Of a stretch of DNA of 64,000 bases, positions 51,056-64,000 are shown piece by piece. The position numbers and the translations under genes are program-made. Origin of the DNA: Octopus sinensis (taxonomy: Eukaryota); NCBI RefSeq assembly GCF_006345805.1, contig NC_042999.1, forward strand, positions 157,728,001-157,792,000, written 5' to 3'. The notes under the pieces were generated by a model. That model was not told where the DNA came from, made no database searches, and was given only the letters and a program-made list of their open reading frames with translations. Within the stretch, counting starts at the first letter, position 1, and every line of letters starts with the position of its first letter.

Positions 51056-53672
51056 GAGTATATACACTTGTTCATGTTTGTAGATGTTTATGTGACAATC
51101 ATAAAATGCTAGAGTTTTCAGGCAAACAAAATTGGCAGCCAAAAACGAAATTTACTCAGAGAATAAAATAAAGATACACAAAATTTTTTTCTAAAAATAC
51201 CACTGATCGGTGTTTGTGACCTAAATTTCAGCGATGGAGTTTTGTTTCTTTATTAAAAATCAGTTCCCTCTTTGTGGAGCTGGAACTGAAATATACATAA
51301 AGGAAAGAAACATACATACAGAAAGAGTGAGCCTTAAGAATAACTTGTACAACAGATCTAACAATACCAGCTATAAATTTCCCTTCTGACCTTCCTTTAT
51401 TTGTAGGCTTTGTCATGTTCAGAAAGCAAATATCAACAGGGTAGAGACATATAAATTCAATCACACGAACACTTCTGTGAGGAGATTTTTATACGACTTT
51501 TAAGAGTGCTGATGGTAGAATGGTTAAGCTAAAGCTCTCAGCAACTTAATGTCTTATTGTTCAGATGTCAATTCCCGTCCGGCCTAAGCTTGTCTTTCTC
51601 TCTCCAGTAACCTAACGAGGCTTTACCAAACTTTCTAGGGAACCAAGAAGAAAATGTTTTCTAAACTCTGAGAGACTCATTAGAACCAGTGACTGATCAC
51701 AGTTCCAAGGTACTGAATGGGTTAGTTGTTTGTTCATGGACAGAGAGGTCAAATTATTTCATGAGAAATTTCCAACTTTTCTGGAAATGTCTCATGAGAC
51801 AGATAAATATTACGAGACTCGTAGATAAGATCTGGCCAGAAACCGAAAGAAACGTATGTAGCGTGTTTAATCTTATGATCTACGAGATAGTTTTCCAATA
51901 ACTAATCTACTCGCTCCTTCAACACTATAACTTAAAAAGAAAAATGTTCATTAGAGTAGTTGTTTGTTTTTCATTCTTTCGGGGTTCAATAAAATAAAAG
52001 CGATATAATCAGCTATAGCCCCTACGACTCTATACCTATGTTCGTAATAATTATTATTGATCCCTAACATTGACACAAGGTCGTAAGTTTCCGAAGAAAG
52101 GCAAAGTTGATTAAATCGATCGACCCAGTAACTTCATTAGGTCTCATTTCCTTTCCCTCTGCAACATTTGAACTCAGAATTTAAAGGAACTCAACTGAGT
52201 ACAGCCAAGTAATTATTGCAGTACTTTAACCTTATTAATTTTCTTGATAGTATTGCAAAATTTTAAGAATTAGAAACGACAAAATTTTAAGAATTAGTAA
52301 CGACAAGCTAGTCTCATTCAATAGCTGAACGATACAATCAGGCCATATAGTAATGAAATAGAGTTCTACTTCATCCACTCTAGTTATGAATAAGAAATAA
52401 CTAAAATTTTCAAAGACTCTACAAATCTTTAGAAACATCATATAGCGGCCTGGTGTACAGGTATCCTAAATCTTTAGGCGTAAGCGTTTCAATAGACAGG
52501 TAACCTGGTGGTGTCTATTTCCTCTCCACGTATGGTTAGCCTTTGGAGTTCTTGTGAAAAGCTTTTCCTCACTTTTACAGGTTATATTTTTAATTCTGCT
52601 GAGTTATATTTTTAATCCCTCTTCATCCAGAAACTTGCGAGGAGAAGATTCGATTGTCGGCAAAATGACCACGAAACGGATTGGGTTACTTGATCCCAGA
52701 AGTAAATATGTAAATGTGACTTTGTTAAAACCACTCCTCGATGATTTAGATTCTTTTTTAGAGCTAGGAATTACTTCAGTCATGATCAATTGCTGAGGAG
52801 TGTTGCTCACGATAGGACTGGTACCCTATTATCAACAACACTGGGACCACGCTTACAAGCATGGACATTAATAGTACTGGTTATAATGCCGTTGCTACTA
52901 GCAGAGTAATCAGCAACACTAAGATGGTGCCGTTGCTACAAATTCAGACAGCGCTACTAGGACAATGGTACAAGTATATTACATCAAAGGACAACCATCC
53001 AACTGATCTCAATGATTCAATTATCACGTTCCAGCTAATATCTCAGAGACGCACAGCTTCCCCTCTTTGCTTCTTTCATCGCTAGTATAGCATTTTGCTC
53101 CCATGAACTTACTAACAGAACATTTTCCCCGTTTACTCATCCCTACTGCTTCCGTCACGTTCTCTCCCATTCTGGAATTATCTTCTTTGTCCATATTTCC
53201 TCTTACAGGTTTATTCAAGCTGAATATTAATCACATCAACGTGACAAGACGAGAAAAGTATTGAAATGTCGGGCTCAGTCCTCCTTTTCCTGTGAATAGC
53301 TTAAGAAAAGCATATTATTCTCTCTTTGACTGGGTATAGAACTCCCGACCCCTTTTCCTTTATGAACGAATCAACTGGAATAATATAATATCTAAGCCTC
53401 CTTTTCCAAATGCTTTAACGACGCAACCGATACTGAATGACTTCAACCTGGAAGTAAAACCCCGACGTAGCGTCAGCTTGCTGAAGATTTATTTCTTGCA
53501 ACATTCAATGTCCTGATGTTCTACTGTAATTGGTTTCTCTTTTATTAGGTCTACTCGAGGGCTTTCTTTTTCATTAGTGTCTTTTTCATTAGGAAAGATG
53601 CCTTGATGTTTTTAAGGGAAAATATCAAACCACTGTTACCTTTCAATGCCTAAGATACATAGTCCAGATCTG

Positions 53673-54093
53673 GGATCTTTTCGGTTTGAACGGCAGTTTT
53701 TCTAGCGGTGTCATATGAAATTGTCACCCATAATTATGACCCCTAGTATCGATCTATTGCATTTCAATCTGTTTTAGGGTTAGGGTTAGGGGTGGGGGGA
53801 AGGGTATCTTTTTTTTTTCTTCACAAATGTAAATAAACCCAATCTGTTTCTTAAATGAGGAACATATTCATACGGCACAGAATGTTTTTTTACCTCAATA
53901 GACGTATTTGATTGGTTGAAATTGCAGAAATTGAAGAAAAAAACAACAAATATCTTACAAACTATAGAATTTTCTTATTAAAGCCAAGAGAAAAAGATGT
54001 TTTATAAACACATTCTACCAGTATACGAAGTTTAAAATTTTTTAGTTACCTAGAAATTATGTTAAAAACTGCCGTTCAAACCGAAAAATATCC
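53673..54093. mobile_element. MITE family E, copy 5
   Basis: TIRs; perfect TSD cagatctg at 53665-53672 and 54094-54101. Confidence 0.92.
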
Positions 54094-54540
54094 CAGATCT
54101 GTTCACCAAAATATAATCAGGCTACCAACAAGACCAACTCGTAAAAACTGTAAATATAGCAGCTTCTAAAAAGATAGTTTCCAACCAATTTAGCTGATTT
54201 AACCTGAATACTGCGCTGAAAACTATGTTTACGACAGACAATGCGGAAGTCTCTACGTGTCCGCTCGACCAATCGTCAACAACGGCGAAATCTTCCTTTC
54301 AAATCGTATCCTACTGATTAAGGTAAACGTAAAATAAAAACAGTATCGTTACGGCTGAAATGCTTTTGATCATAAATCTTTTTGATCTCAGTTGATCGAT
54401 AGTCTTAGCAAAAACAAGAACAGAGCAAGAAGAAGAAGAAGAAGAAGAACAACAACAACAACAACAAAAACAGAAGGGATCCAATAATGCAATCTTGTTT
54501 CAAATGAATGATCATTTAGGTTCCAAGTCGTTGGATTTGT

Positions 54541-54977
54541 TACTCTTTACTTTTTTACTTGTTTCAGTCATTTGACTGCGGCCATGCTGGAGCACCGTCT
54601 TTAGTCGATCAAATCGACCCCAGGACTTATTCTTTGGAAGCCTAGTGCTTATTATATCGGTCTCTTTTTGCCGAACCGCTAAGTTACGGGGACGTAAACA
54701 CACCAGCATCGGTTGTCAAGCGATGTTGGGGGGACAAACACAGACAGAGACAGAGACACACACACACACTCATATATATATATATATATATAATATATAT
54801 ATATATATATACATACATGCGACGGGCTTCTTTCAGTTTCCGTCTTCCAAATCCACTCACAATGCTTTGGTCGGCCCGAGGCTATAATAGAAGACACTTG
54901 CCGAAGATGCCACGCAGTGGGACTGAACCCGGAACCATGTGGTTCGTAAGCAAGCTACTTACCACAGCCACTCCTAC
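54541..54977 (-). mobile_element. SINE family A
   Basis: Family motifs. Confidence 0.9.
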
Positions 54978-55429
54978 GTTGTTGATTTCAAACTCCAGAT
55001 TAGTTAACAATGACCAAACATATGATCAAGCGCGTTCCGGTCGTGACCTCCTCATCTTTTTGCATCAAGCTCCAAAGACTACACCACCCAATGAATATAT
55101 ATATATTGTGTGTGCACTTAGTTGTATGACTACTACTGTATGAGTAAGAGTTCCACATAAATTATCATTATCCAGTCAGCTTCCCGTACGGGAATTAGTC
55201 TACGAGTGTAGTAAGCAGTGTTATTAGTTATGATATACAGAGTATATGTAGTAGAAAATTTAGGTAAGCACAAATATAAATTATTGGTTCCTACGTACGT
55301 TTCCCCATTGTAGTCATCTGGAACTCAGCACTGGATGTTCCAAATGCATTTGGACACTTAACCACAATGGTTCATTAGGGGACTACCTTTTTGCATTCTG
55401 TTACAAAAATCAAATCTCTCTTCCTCCTC

Positions 55430-55858
55430 TCTACCTACCTACCTACCTACCCACCAACCTACCTACCTACCTACCCACCAACCTACCTACCCACCTACCT
55501 AGCTACCTAGCTACCTAGCTACCTACCTACCTATCTACCTACCCACCTACCTACCCACCTACCCACCTTCCTACCCACCTACCTACCTACCTACCTACCT
55601 ACCTACCTACCTACCCACATACCTAGCTAGCTAGCTAGCTAGCTAGCTACCTACCTACCTACCTACCTACCTACCTACCCACCTACCCACCTACCTACCT
55701 ACCTACCTACCTACCTACCTACCTACCCACCTACCCACCTACCTACCCACCTACCCACCTATCTACCCACCTACCTACCCACCAACCTACCTACATACCT
55801 ACCTACCTACCCACTAACCTACCTACCTACCTACCTACCTACCTACCTACCTACCTAT
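55430..55858. repeat. (ACCT)n/(AGCT)n tetranucleotide repeat
   Basis: Direct reading. Confidence 0.95.
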
Positions 55859-56325
55859 ATATCGGTTGTGCGTTGAGGTGAAATTTAGCTGCCATTTTTT
55901 CCCAATTAAACGACCATATTGGGACTTCGTTGGCTCACGGTTTGATTTGTTTCCTTAATCGGAGGTATGTGTGTGTATGTGTGTGTATGTGAGTGTGTGT
56001 GTATGTGAGTGTGTGTATGTGAGTGTGTGTGTGTGTGTGTGTGGTGTGTGTGTGTGTGTTTGTGTGGGCACATGTGCGCGTGTGTCTGCGTGCGTTACAA
56101 TGTAACACCATATAAAGTTTGGAAAATTACCAAACTATTTTATCGTTATGTTCCTCATTGAAATTGAGTTTTCTTCCCTCTCCAGCATTATAACCAGGAT
56201 TCTCTAAGTGGTAGTTTTACTTGCTAGAAGTAACAAACGAAATTTCATTCAAATGATATCTTAGCACCTCAAACGACTAAATATCATTGGATAAGGTAGT
56301 TCTAAACATATCTAGAGAAAGATAT

Positions 56326-56741
56326 TTGTGTGTCTGTGTTTGTCCCCCCAACATCGCTTGACAACCGATGCTGGTGTGTTAACGTCCCCGTAACTTAGCA
56401 GTTCGGCAATTGAGACCGATAGAATAAGTACTAGGCTTACAAAGAATAAGTCCTGGGGTCGATTTGCTCGACTAAAGGCGGTGCTCCAGCATGGCCACAG
56501 TCAAATGGCTAAAACAAGTAAAAGAGAGAGTAACGTAGTTCTCGGAGATTCAGCATAACACAGAATTTGATACGGCTGGCACTTTGCAATACAGGTACTA
56601 CTCATTTTTTGCTAGCTGACTGGACTGGAGCAATATGAAATATAGTGTCTTGCTGAAGGACACAACGTGTCGCCAGGTATCGAACTCACGACGTTACGAC
56701 CATGAGCCGAATACCCGAACCACTAAGCCACGCGTCTTCAC
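56326..56741. mobile_element. SINE A tail (+, 56326-56530) abutting SINE G (-, 56533-56741; F-type head and centre, D-type tail)
   Basis: G reads gtgaagacgcgtggcttagtgg..aatgagtagtacctgtattgcaaag..gctgaatctccgagaactacg. Confidence 0.75.
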
Positions 56742-56927
56742 CAATAACAACCGCTATAACGAAGATCATAGCTCGGAATTACGAAAAAACATCTAATTTT
56801 TAAGCCGTACTTTCTATAGCTTGACGTAACTATCATGTTTCCGCTAGATCAAACAGTATCTTTGTTAAGTACAGGCTGTGAGGCCCCCTGGTTGGTAAAA
56901 AGACACCATGATGATAGCTTGAACGTC

Positions 56928-57203
56928 TTTACTCTTTATTCTCTTCTACTTGTTTCAGCCATTTGACTGTTGCCATGCTGGAGCACCGCCTTTAGTCGAG
57001 CAAATTGACCCCAGGACTTATTCTTTGTAACCCAGTACTTATTCTATCGGTCTCCTTTGCCGAACCGCTAAGTTACGGTGACGTAAACACAGCAGCATCG
57101 GTTGTCAAGCGATGTTGGGGGGACAAACACAGACACACAAACATACACACACACACAGACACACACACACACACATAGACACACACATACAGACACACAC
57201 ACA

Positions 57204-57293
<90 letters not shown>

Positions 57294-57710
57294 TATTTCA
57301 CGTTGCTCCAGTTCACTCAGCTGTAGAAATGAGTTGCGACGTTACTGGTGCCAAGCTGTATCGACCTTTGTCTTTCCCTTGGATAACACTGGTGGTGTGG
57401 AGAGGGGAGGCTGGTATGCATGGGCGACTGCTGGCCTTCCATAAACAACCTTGCCCGGACTTGTCTCTAGGAGGGTAACTTTCTAGGTGCAATCCCATGG
57501 TCATTCATGACCGAAGGGGGTCTTTACCCTTTTACACACTTATATACGACGGGCTTCTTTCAGTTTCCGTCTACCAAATCCACTCACAAGGCTTTGGTCG
57601 GCCCGAGGCTATGGTAGAAGATGCTTGCCCAAGGTGCCATGCAGTGGGACTGAACCCGGAGCCATGTGGCAGGTAAGCAAGCTACTTACCACACAGCCAC
57701 TCCTACGCCT
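56928..57710 (-). mobile_element. SINE A (-) with SINE B 3' part (+, ~57296-57527) inside its microsatellite
   Basis: A tail at 56928-57135, A head at 57545-57710, B between them. Confidence 0.85.
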
Positions 57711-57819
57711 ACGTCTTTGATCATAGTTTTTTTGTTTTTTTTTAAAACTTGATCGGAGGTTGAACTAGGCTCAGCAACCTTAGTTAGTCTCATTACCAAC
57801 ATCATCACCATCACTATCA

Positions 57820-58255
57820 ACTCTTTACTCTCTTTCTCTCATTTACTTGTTTCAGTCATTTGACTGCGGCCATACTGGAGCACCACCTTTAGTCGAGCAA
57901 CTCGACCCCGGGACTTATTCTTTGTAAGCCCAGTACTTATTCTATCGGTCTCTTTTTGCCGAACCGCTAAGTGACGGGGACGTAAACACACCAGCATCGG
58001 TTGTCAAGCAATGCTAGGGGGGACAAACACAGACACACAAACATATACACATACATACATATATATATATACATATATATATATACATATATACGACAGA
58101 CTTCTTTCAGTTTCCGTCTACCAAATCCACTCACAAGGCATTGGTCGGCCCGGGGCTATATCAGAAAACACTTGCCCAAGGTGCCACGCAGTGGGACTGA
58201 ACCCGGAACCATGTGGTTGGTAAGCAAGCTACTTACCACATAGCCACTCCTGCGT
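57820..58255 (-). mobile_element. SINE family A
   Basis: Family motifs. Confidence 0.9.
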
Positions 58256-58902
58256 CTAACTACATCATCATCATTAACAGCTACAGCAACATACCGAATT
58301 AGCAGCCACTCGCCCTTCAAATTACTGGAAGGATAAACTTTAGATAATATAATAAATACTGGATAACATGACCCTGAGCATACCCTGCTTGGGAAAAAGA
58401 TGGAATGGTCACAGCTGGAACATTTTTGATTAAAGATATGCTTTATCAAAACTATACCTAAATAATAACAGCAAGATTACCTATCTACCACCACGACCAT
58501 CACCGCCAACACCATCACTGCCAGCAGCAGCAGGAGCAGGAGCAGGAGCAGCAACTTCAACAACAACAACAACAATGACGACGACGACGACTACAACAAT
58601 AACCGGCATCAACAATGTGAAACCCTCTTTGTAGACGCTAAGCCTGCTTGAAATAGCAGCTAAATCTCTCTGAAATTAATTCCTACGTCTTATAATTTTT
58701 TTTTTTTAAAGGACATATTGGCCTATGCGATATTAGATACAGTGTATCCGAATAAAATATGGGTGGCTGCAGTCTAATGATTAAAGCAAGCAAAAGAAAA
58801 GACGAAAGATAAGCAATGAAGTCAGGTTCACTCCATCTAACGTACCCATTTTCTTTTAAGACAGTAAGGTGAAATTTGCGGGAGATGTGTTTGCTGCACT
58901 TT

Positions 58903-59335
58903 AATAATAATAATAATAATAATAATAATTGTGTACAGTGCTCAGGTGCACTACAACTCATCTAAAGTGTATATATAATCAGGTGTAGTTTCGGCGGATT
59001 TCGGAAAGCATGAGGGCCTTAAAGGATGCAGTGTTATGGCAGTCAACAACTGACGCAGGCAGTTTATTCCATGCTTCAGCAACTCTGAGCGTGAAAAAAT
59101 GTTTCCGAAAGTCATGGGAGCTGTATTGTTTTCTGACTTTGTAGGCATGTCCACGTGTGTTAGACACATGGAGATCAAAAAGGTGTTCAGTGTTGTTGTT
59201 GGTGAGGTGGTTGATAACTTTGTGGGTGTTTACCAAGTCCGTCGCCAAACGCCGGAGCTTCAGTGAATCCATGCCCAGGGAAACAAGGCGCTCAGAATAT
59301 GGTAGGTTTCTAGCAGGACGAGTGACCATATAGAG
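58903..59335 (-). mobile_element. CR1-like LINE 3' end (second family) with (ATT)n tail
   Basis: LPYSERLVSLGMDSLKLRRLATDL..NTRGHAYK..HFFTLRVAEAWNKLP..FK. Confidence 0.9.
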
Positions 59336-59869
59336 GCTCCCTCATTAACAAAGGTAACATATATTTAACCGTTACGTTGTCTAATTTGTATTCCAATAAT
59401 CACTACCACAATTACTATATTTATTCGTTAAGTCACTCAGATTACAATTTACGTTTGAAACCGAAGCAAAACAAATGATCCAAAAACAAAATATACAAAA
59501 TAGACAACAAAAATGTAATAATTCCTCTTACCTTTAATGTTTCGGCTTTATTCTTTGTTTGGTTTTGTTCCGGTTTTAAAGTAATATGTTTAGCAGGATT
59601 CTCCTGTCTCACCTAACCTCTAAATTTCCTCTCCCTTTTCTTCTTTGTTTCCTTTTGCCCCCCCCACCTCCACTCTAACTCTTAAATAGTTTCACACACA
59701 CACACACACACACCACACACACACACACACGTATATATGTATTTATATATATATATGCATATATAGACATATGAGTGTGTGTGTATTTATATATATATAT
59801 TTGTGGATATATAATTATATACAGATACCTATATATACGTATATAAGGCCAACAGTGTTGTGTAGTTTG

Positions 59870-59903
<34 letters not shown>

Positions 59904-60071
59904 TGTATTGTGGATGTGTTGTGTGTGTGTGTTGATGTGTATGTGTGTGTGTGCGTGTGTATTCAGTTTTCGGTCTCTTAATAAGCGGGAAACATTAAAC
60001 GAAAATAGAATAAGTGAAGAAAGCAAGAGAGGGAGAGGGGGAGAGTAAGAGAAAGGTCGATAGAGAGAGTT

Positions 60072-60112
<41 letters not shown>

Positions 60113-60959
60113 GTGAAAGAGAGAGAAAGGGAACGTGTGTTATCGGTTACTACGAGAACGACGTCATCAGCTTTTCTCTCTCGACCCCTTCGTTTTCTGT
60201 CTTTTTTCCTTTCTCGATTCCCTTTCTAGCTCTCCGTCTCCTAAGGAGACGTTTGGCCAGTACAGTCTATTCACCAGTCATTTTACTAGCAATAAATAAA
60301 GAAACGACTCACCCCGTGTAACATCACATGTTGAGGCTGAGTCAGAGAAAAGTTATTACAACAGTGAACAGTAGTAAGGCAGTACATATCTCAGTGACGT
60401 CTCCTTAAATCTTTCTTACCTTGTGCTTCAGTCTACATGACTGGATGACAGGATGAATGGATTGATGGACGGCTTACACTGACGGCTACCTGGCTTGCTC
60501 GTTGTCAGGCTGGCTGGCTGGCTGGCTGGCTGATTGGCTGTATGTGTGTCTAGCTGACTGGCTCGATGTTAGATGGTTAGTTGTATGGTTAGACGGCCAG
60601 TTTGTGCACTGGGATGGTTATCCTAGCCGGTTGTCTGGTAGGGTTGGCTGTTGTTGTCTACAGTGCTTCCTTGCTGGCTGGTTGGCTGAATTGGGAAGCT
60701 CGGTGACAAAACTGGATGGATAGCCTCTTGGCGAAGGCTGTTGCGTGACATCAACTGGTGGCCGATTTGTCTGTTCCTTAGCTACCAACACCTGACTAAT
60801 TAGCTAACGAACTGACTCGAATACTCTTAGTACTGAAGCGCTATTTCTCTTTGTTTTTCATTTCTTTTAATTTTTGGTTGCTTGTTCAATTTACAGCTTA
60901 TCTTAGAAGCCTAGTACAAAAATAGATGGTCAATCACTTTACAAAGTTGTCTTTATCTC

Positions 60960-61290
<331 letters not shown>

Positions 61291-61344
61291 AATAATGGGG
61301 AGTGTGCTTCCTTTTTCAGATTTATGTTTTCTACAAACGATATA

Positions 61345-61690
61345 TCTATCTATATATAAACTAAGAATATGTGTGTGTGTGTATGTGTGTGTGTGTGTGT
61401 GTGTGTCTGTATGTCTGTATATGTGCATCACTAAAACTCGAGAACTACCCAACCGATTTCATTCAAATTCTACATATTACTCAGCTAGGGGTCCACGCAG
61501 TGTCATGAGCCAGAAAAATTTCCAACTTCTTGCTTAATGCGATTCCGGAGCAATCTCTTATCTCTTACGCTATTTTAGTATTACGTGTCAAAAGTGAAAC
61601 AATAACATCTCTATTGTTATGTGAGATAATACTTTCAGATTCAATAATTTCACTACTAATACTTTCACAATGTATATAATGTATACATAG
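61345..61690 (+). mobile_element. Non-autonomous Helitron-like 5' portion
   Basis: A|TCtatctatatataaa, then a (GT)/(GTCT) tract, then aactacccaaccgatttcattcaaatt, a layout I recognise from non-autonomous Helitrons. 3' CTAG/hairpin not located. Confidence 0.45.
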
Positions 61691-61729
61691 TGAAACTATT
61701 GAAACTATTAAAAGTCAGACTATTATCTC

Positions 61730-61792
61730 ACATATATACATGCATACATACAATCATACATATATACATACATACATACATACATACATACA

Positions 61793-61862
<70 letters not shown>

Positions 61863-61913
61863 CATATACATATATACATATATACATACATACACACACG
61901 CACATATATATAT

Positions 61914-61946
<33 letters not shown>

Positions 61947-62479
61947 CATATATATAATGCATGTGTATATATCTATGCATATAAATTATATTTTTCTTTC
62001 TTAATTTTCTTTCTATCTTATACAAGCTAACTAAATATAAACTCAATCCAATCTATTTAACATTCACTCTATGCTGCATGGTGGTATAGTATGGGCAGAT
62101 TTTTGAAATCCATTGAATCTTTATACATTTATACATTTAAACAATTATACAAATATGCTTTTTCAAGGAGATATGATAAACATATTATAATGGGTAAGAC
62201 TACGTGTACTTTCTATATTGTGATGTAATCTTTGCACTAACAATATTGCGGCTGAAGAGAGCTTTAAACCATCTTTTATATCAATAATACACTGATGCAA
62301 TGACAGATTGTTTATAAAGCTTGAAACACGTGTACCGCGATATCCTTTGTGTTCTGTTTTTAATTTATATTTGGTATATACATACATACATACATACATA
62401 CATACAGACATACATACATACATACATACATACATACATACAAACATACATACATACATACATACATACATACATACAT

Positions 62480-62559
<80 letters not shown>

Positions 62560-62860
62560 AGATTTATTCATGTGTATATGTATATATACTTGTGTATATA
62601 TATATAGATATACATGTATATGTACAGATAGCCGACAACTGATGAAGGGTCGTTCTTTATGTTACTTATCCTGTTTTCCATTTGTTTCTCTCATTATTTG
62701 CTACTCAACACATTTGTTTTCGTATTTCATGTTGTTTACGGTTTGTAACGTTTTGTACCCATATATGTATGTATGTATGTATGTATGTATTTATGTATGT
62801 ATGTATGTATTTATGTATGTATGTATGTATATATGCATGTATATATATTATTTATATTAT
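61730..62860. repeat. Several (TACA)n/(TA)n/(TATG)n tracts
   Basis: Direct reading (61730-61980, 62375-62600, 62760-62850). Confidence 0.85.
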
Positions 62861-63160
62861 TATTAGACTGAACGCTATGCATCCATTTCCAAGTAAGTAT
62901 ATATGTATGTATATATATGAATAAAAACTGACAATATATTTTTACAAAAAACTTTCTCGTTTGTTCCAATAATCTTATCAGTTATCATTTTTAACTGTCA
63001 AAACGCTAGCTTCTTCATTCAGCACTGAGACTACGTAAACTATTAGTTTCTTTTGCTTGTGTATGCAAATATGGTATTGGTATATCCCATTTATCTTCAT
63101 TTGAAATTAAATAAATAAAGAATTTTGACATGTACAAATATTTATTTCCACCCACTGTAT

Positions 63161-63213
<53 letters not shown>

Positions 63214-63221
63214 CACATAAG

Positions 63222-63390
63222 CACAGGAGTGGTAAGAAGCTTGATTCCCAACCACATGGTTCCGGGTTCAGTCCCACTGCTTGACACCTTGGGCAAGTAT
63301 TTTCTGCTGTAGCCTCGGGCCGGCCCAAAACCTTGTGTGCGGATTTAGGTGACGGAAACTGAAAGAAGCAGGTCGTGTATATATATATAT
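63222..63390 (+). mobile_element. SINE A head only
   Basis: Head motifs, then (TA)n, then unrelated LINE sequence. Confidence 0.8.
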
Positions 63391-63391
63391 A

Positions 63392-64000
63392 TAGCCATCT
63401 TCCCGAAAAACATAATTGAAAGAGAGCTGGCATACTATATGCCAGCTATTAAATATATATCACGGGGGGGGGGGGTCAAATATGCAACGGTGTGGTTGCT
63501 ATATGACTCCCCCGAAGAAGCTTGCGAATTCGCAAGCCAGCCTCTGGAGGGTAGTAAATTAAATTTTGTTCCTTCCCACTTATTGTGGGAAGAAGTTGAC
63601 GAGGGCTTGGGTCTGCGGTTTGCCACCCGGAATTGAGCCCGAGTGGATAGAGGATGGCAGCAGTACCAAGCTACTCGATGTAAAAATTTTGTCTGCGGAT
63701 GATTGGGAGCGATCAAAAGCTGTTTTGACCCTATGGACCCAATCAGCCGAAAATCTGGTTTTTCCAGATTTTTTAAGGATTGCCGGGTCTAGGTATCCGG
63801 TGATGCTTGAGGGACGCCCCCCCCCCAAGTGTCACCTGTGCCTGAAATCCAGCTATATCAAGAAGAACTGCCCCAAGGACCAAAGCAGGTAATAGAAGTA
63901 CTACTCACTGCTCCCTCAGTGGAAGCCTCCTCGAAAAAAAGGAAGAAAACGAAAGGTGGGCAACAATGGTTGCCCACCGAAGGAACCAAGGGCTGCGGGA
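63392..64000 (+). mobile_element. Tx1/L1-like LINE ORF1 fragment with zinc-knuckle remnant, frameshifted
   Basis: FLPTYCGKKLTRAWVCGLPPGI..YPVMLEGRPPPKCHLCLKSSYIKKNCP (CX2CX4H/YX4C). Confidence 0.7.

Noticed and set aside
26693-52303. Short two-copy tandem duplications (about 21 nt at 26.70 kb and 24 nt at 52.26 kb)
   Set aside because: Ordinary slippage products with no further structure.
52554-52796. 80-aa ORF with a signal-peptide-like N-terminus
   Set aside because: It starts at GTG, has no recognisable domain, and the hydrophobic stretch is explained by T-rich DNA.
52420-53640. Possible decayed LINE coding sequence on the minus strand (e.g. KPITVEHQDIE, VKAFGK)
   Set aside because: Fragments could not be placed in a consistent motif order; too weak to call.
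62639-62665. Third hammerhead candidate ctgatgaaggg
   Set aside because: No complementary stem II and no GAAA follow.

Overview
AT-rich, repeat-saturated eukaryotic non-coding DNA. The SINE families and extreme microsatellite load look like an octopod (Octopus sp.) genome; this is recognition from memory, not a database result. I found no supportable host protein-coding exon, rRNA, true tRNA gene or CRISPR array. Nearly all ORF-track entries are translations of microsatellites, SINEs or broken LINEs. Contents: (i) tRNA-headed SINE families that I label A (internal microsatellite), C/C' (one body, two tails), D, and F/G/B (one central domain, different tails); (ii) decayed non-LTR retrotransposon pieces (Tx1/L1-like ORF1 and ORF2, CR1/L2-like 3' ends, RTE-like C-termini, R4/Dong-like RT and RLE remnants, Penelope-like LTR pieces); (iii) non-autonomous DNA transposons (a ~400-bp MITE with 8-bp TSDs in 5 copies, a piggyBac-type MITE in 2 copies, a possible Sola-like MITE, a Helitron-like 5' end); (iv) a ~500-bp local duplication, a ~225-bp tandem repeat and a ~420-bp imperfect palindrome. 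Most interesting: two minimal hammerhead-ribozyme motifs with compensatory stem I bases in the Penelope-like pieces, and SINE C multimers that join tail-to-body at the same internal nucleotide at six loci. Family labels are mine and element boundaries are approximate unless a TSD or TIR is quoted.
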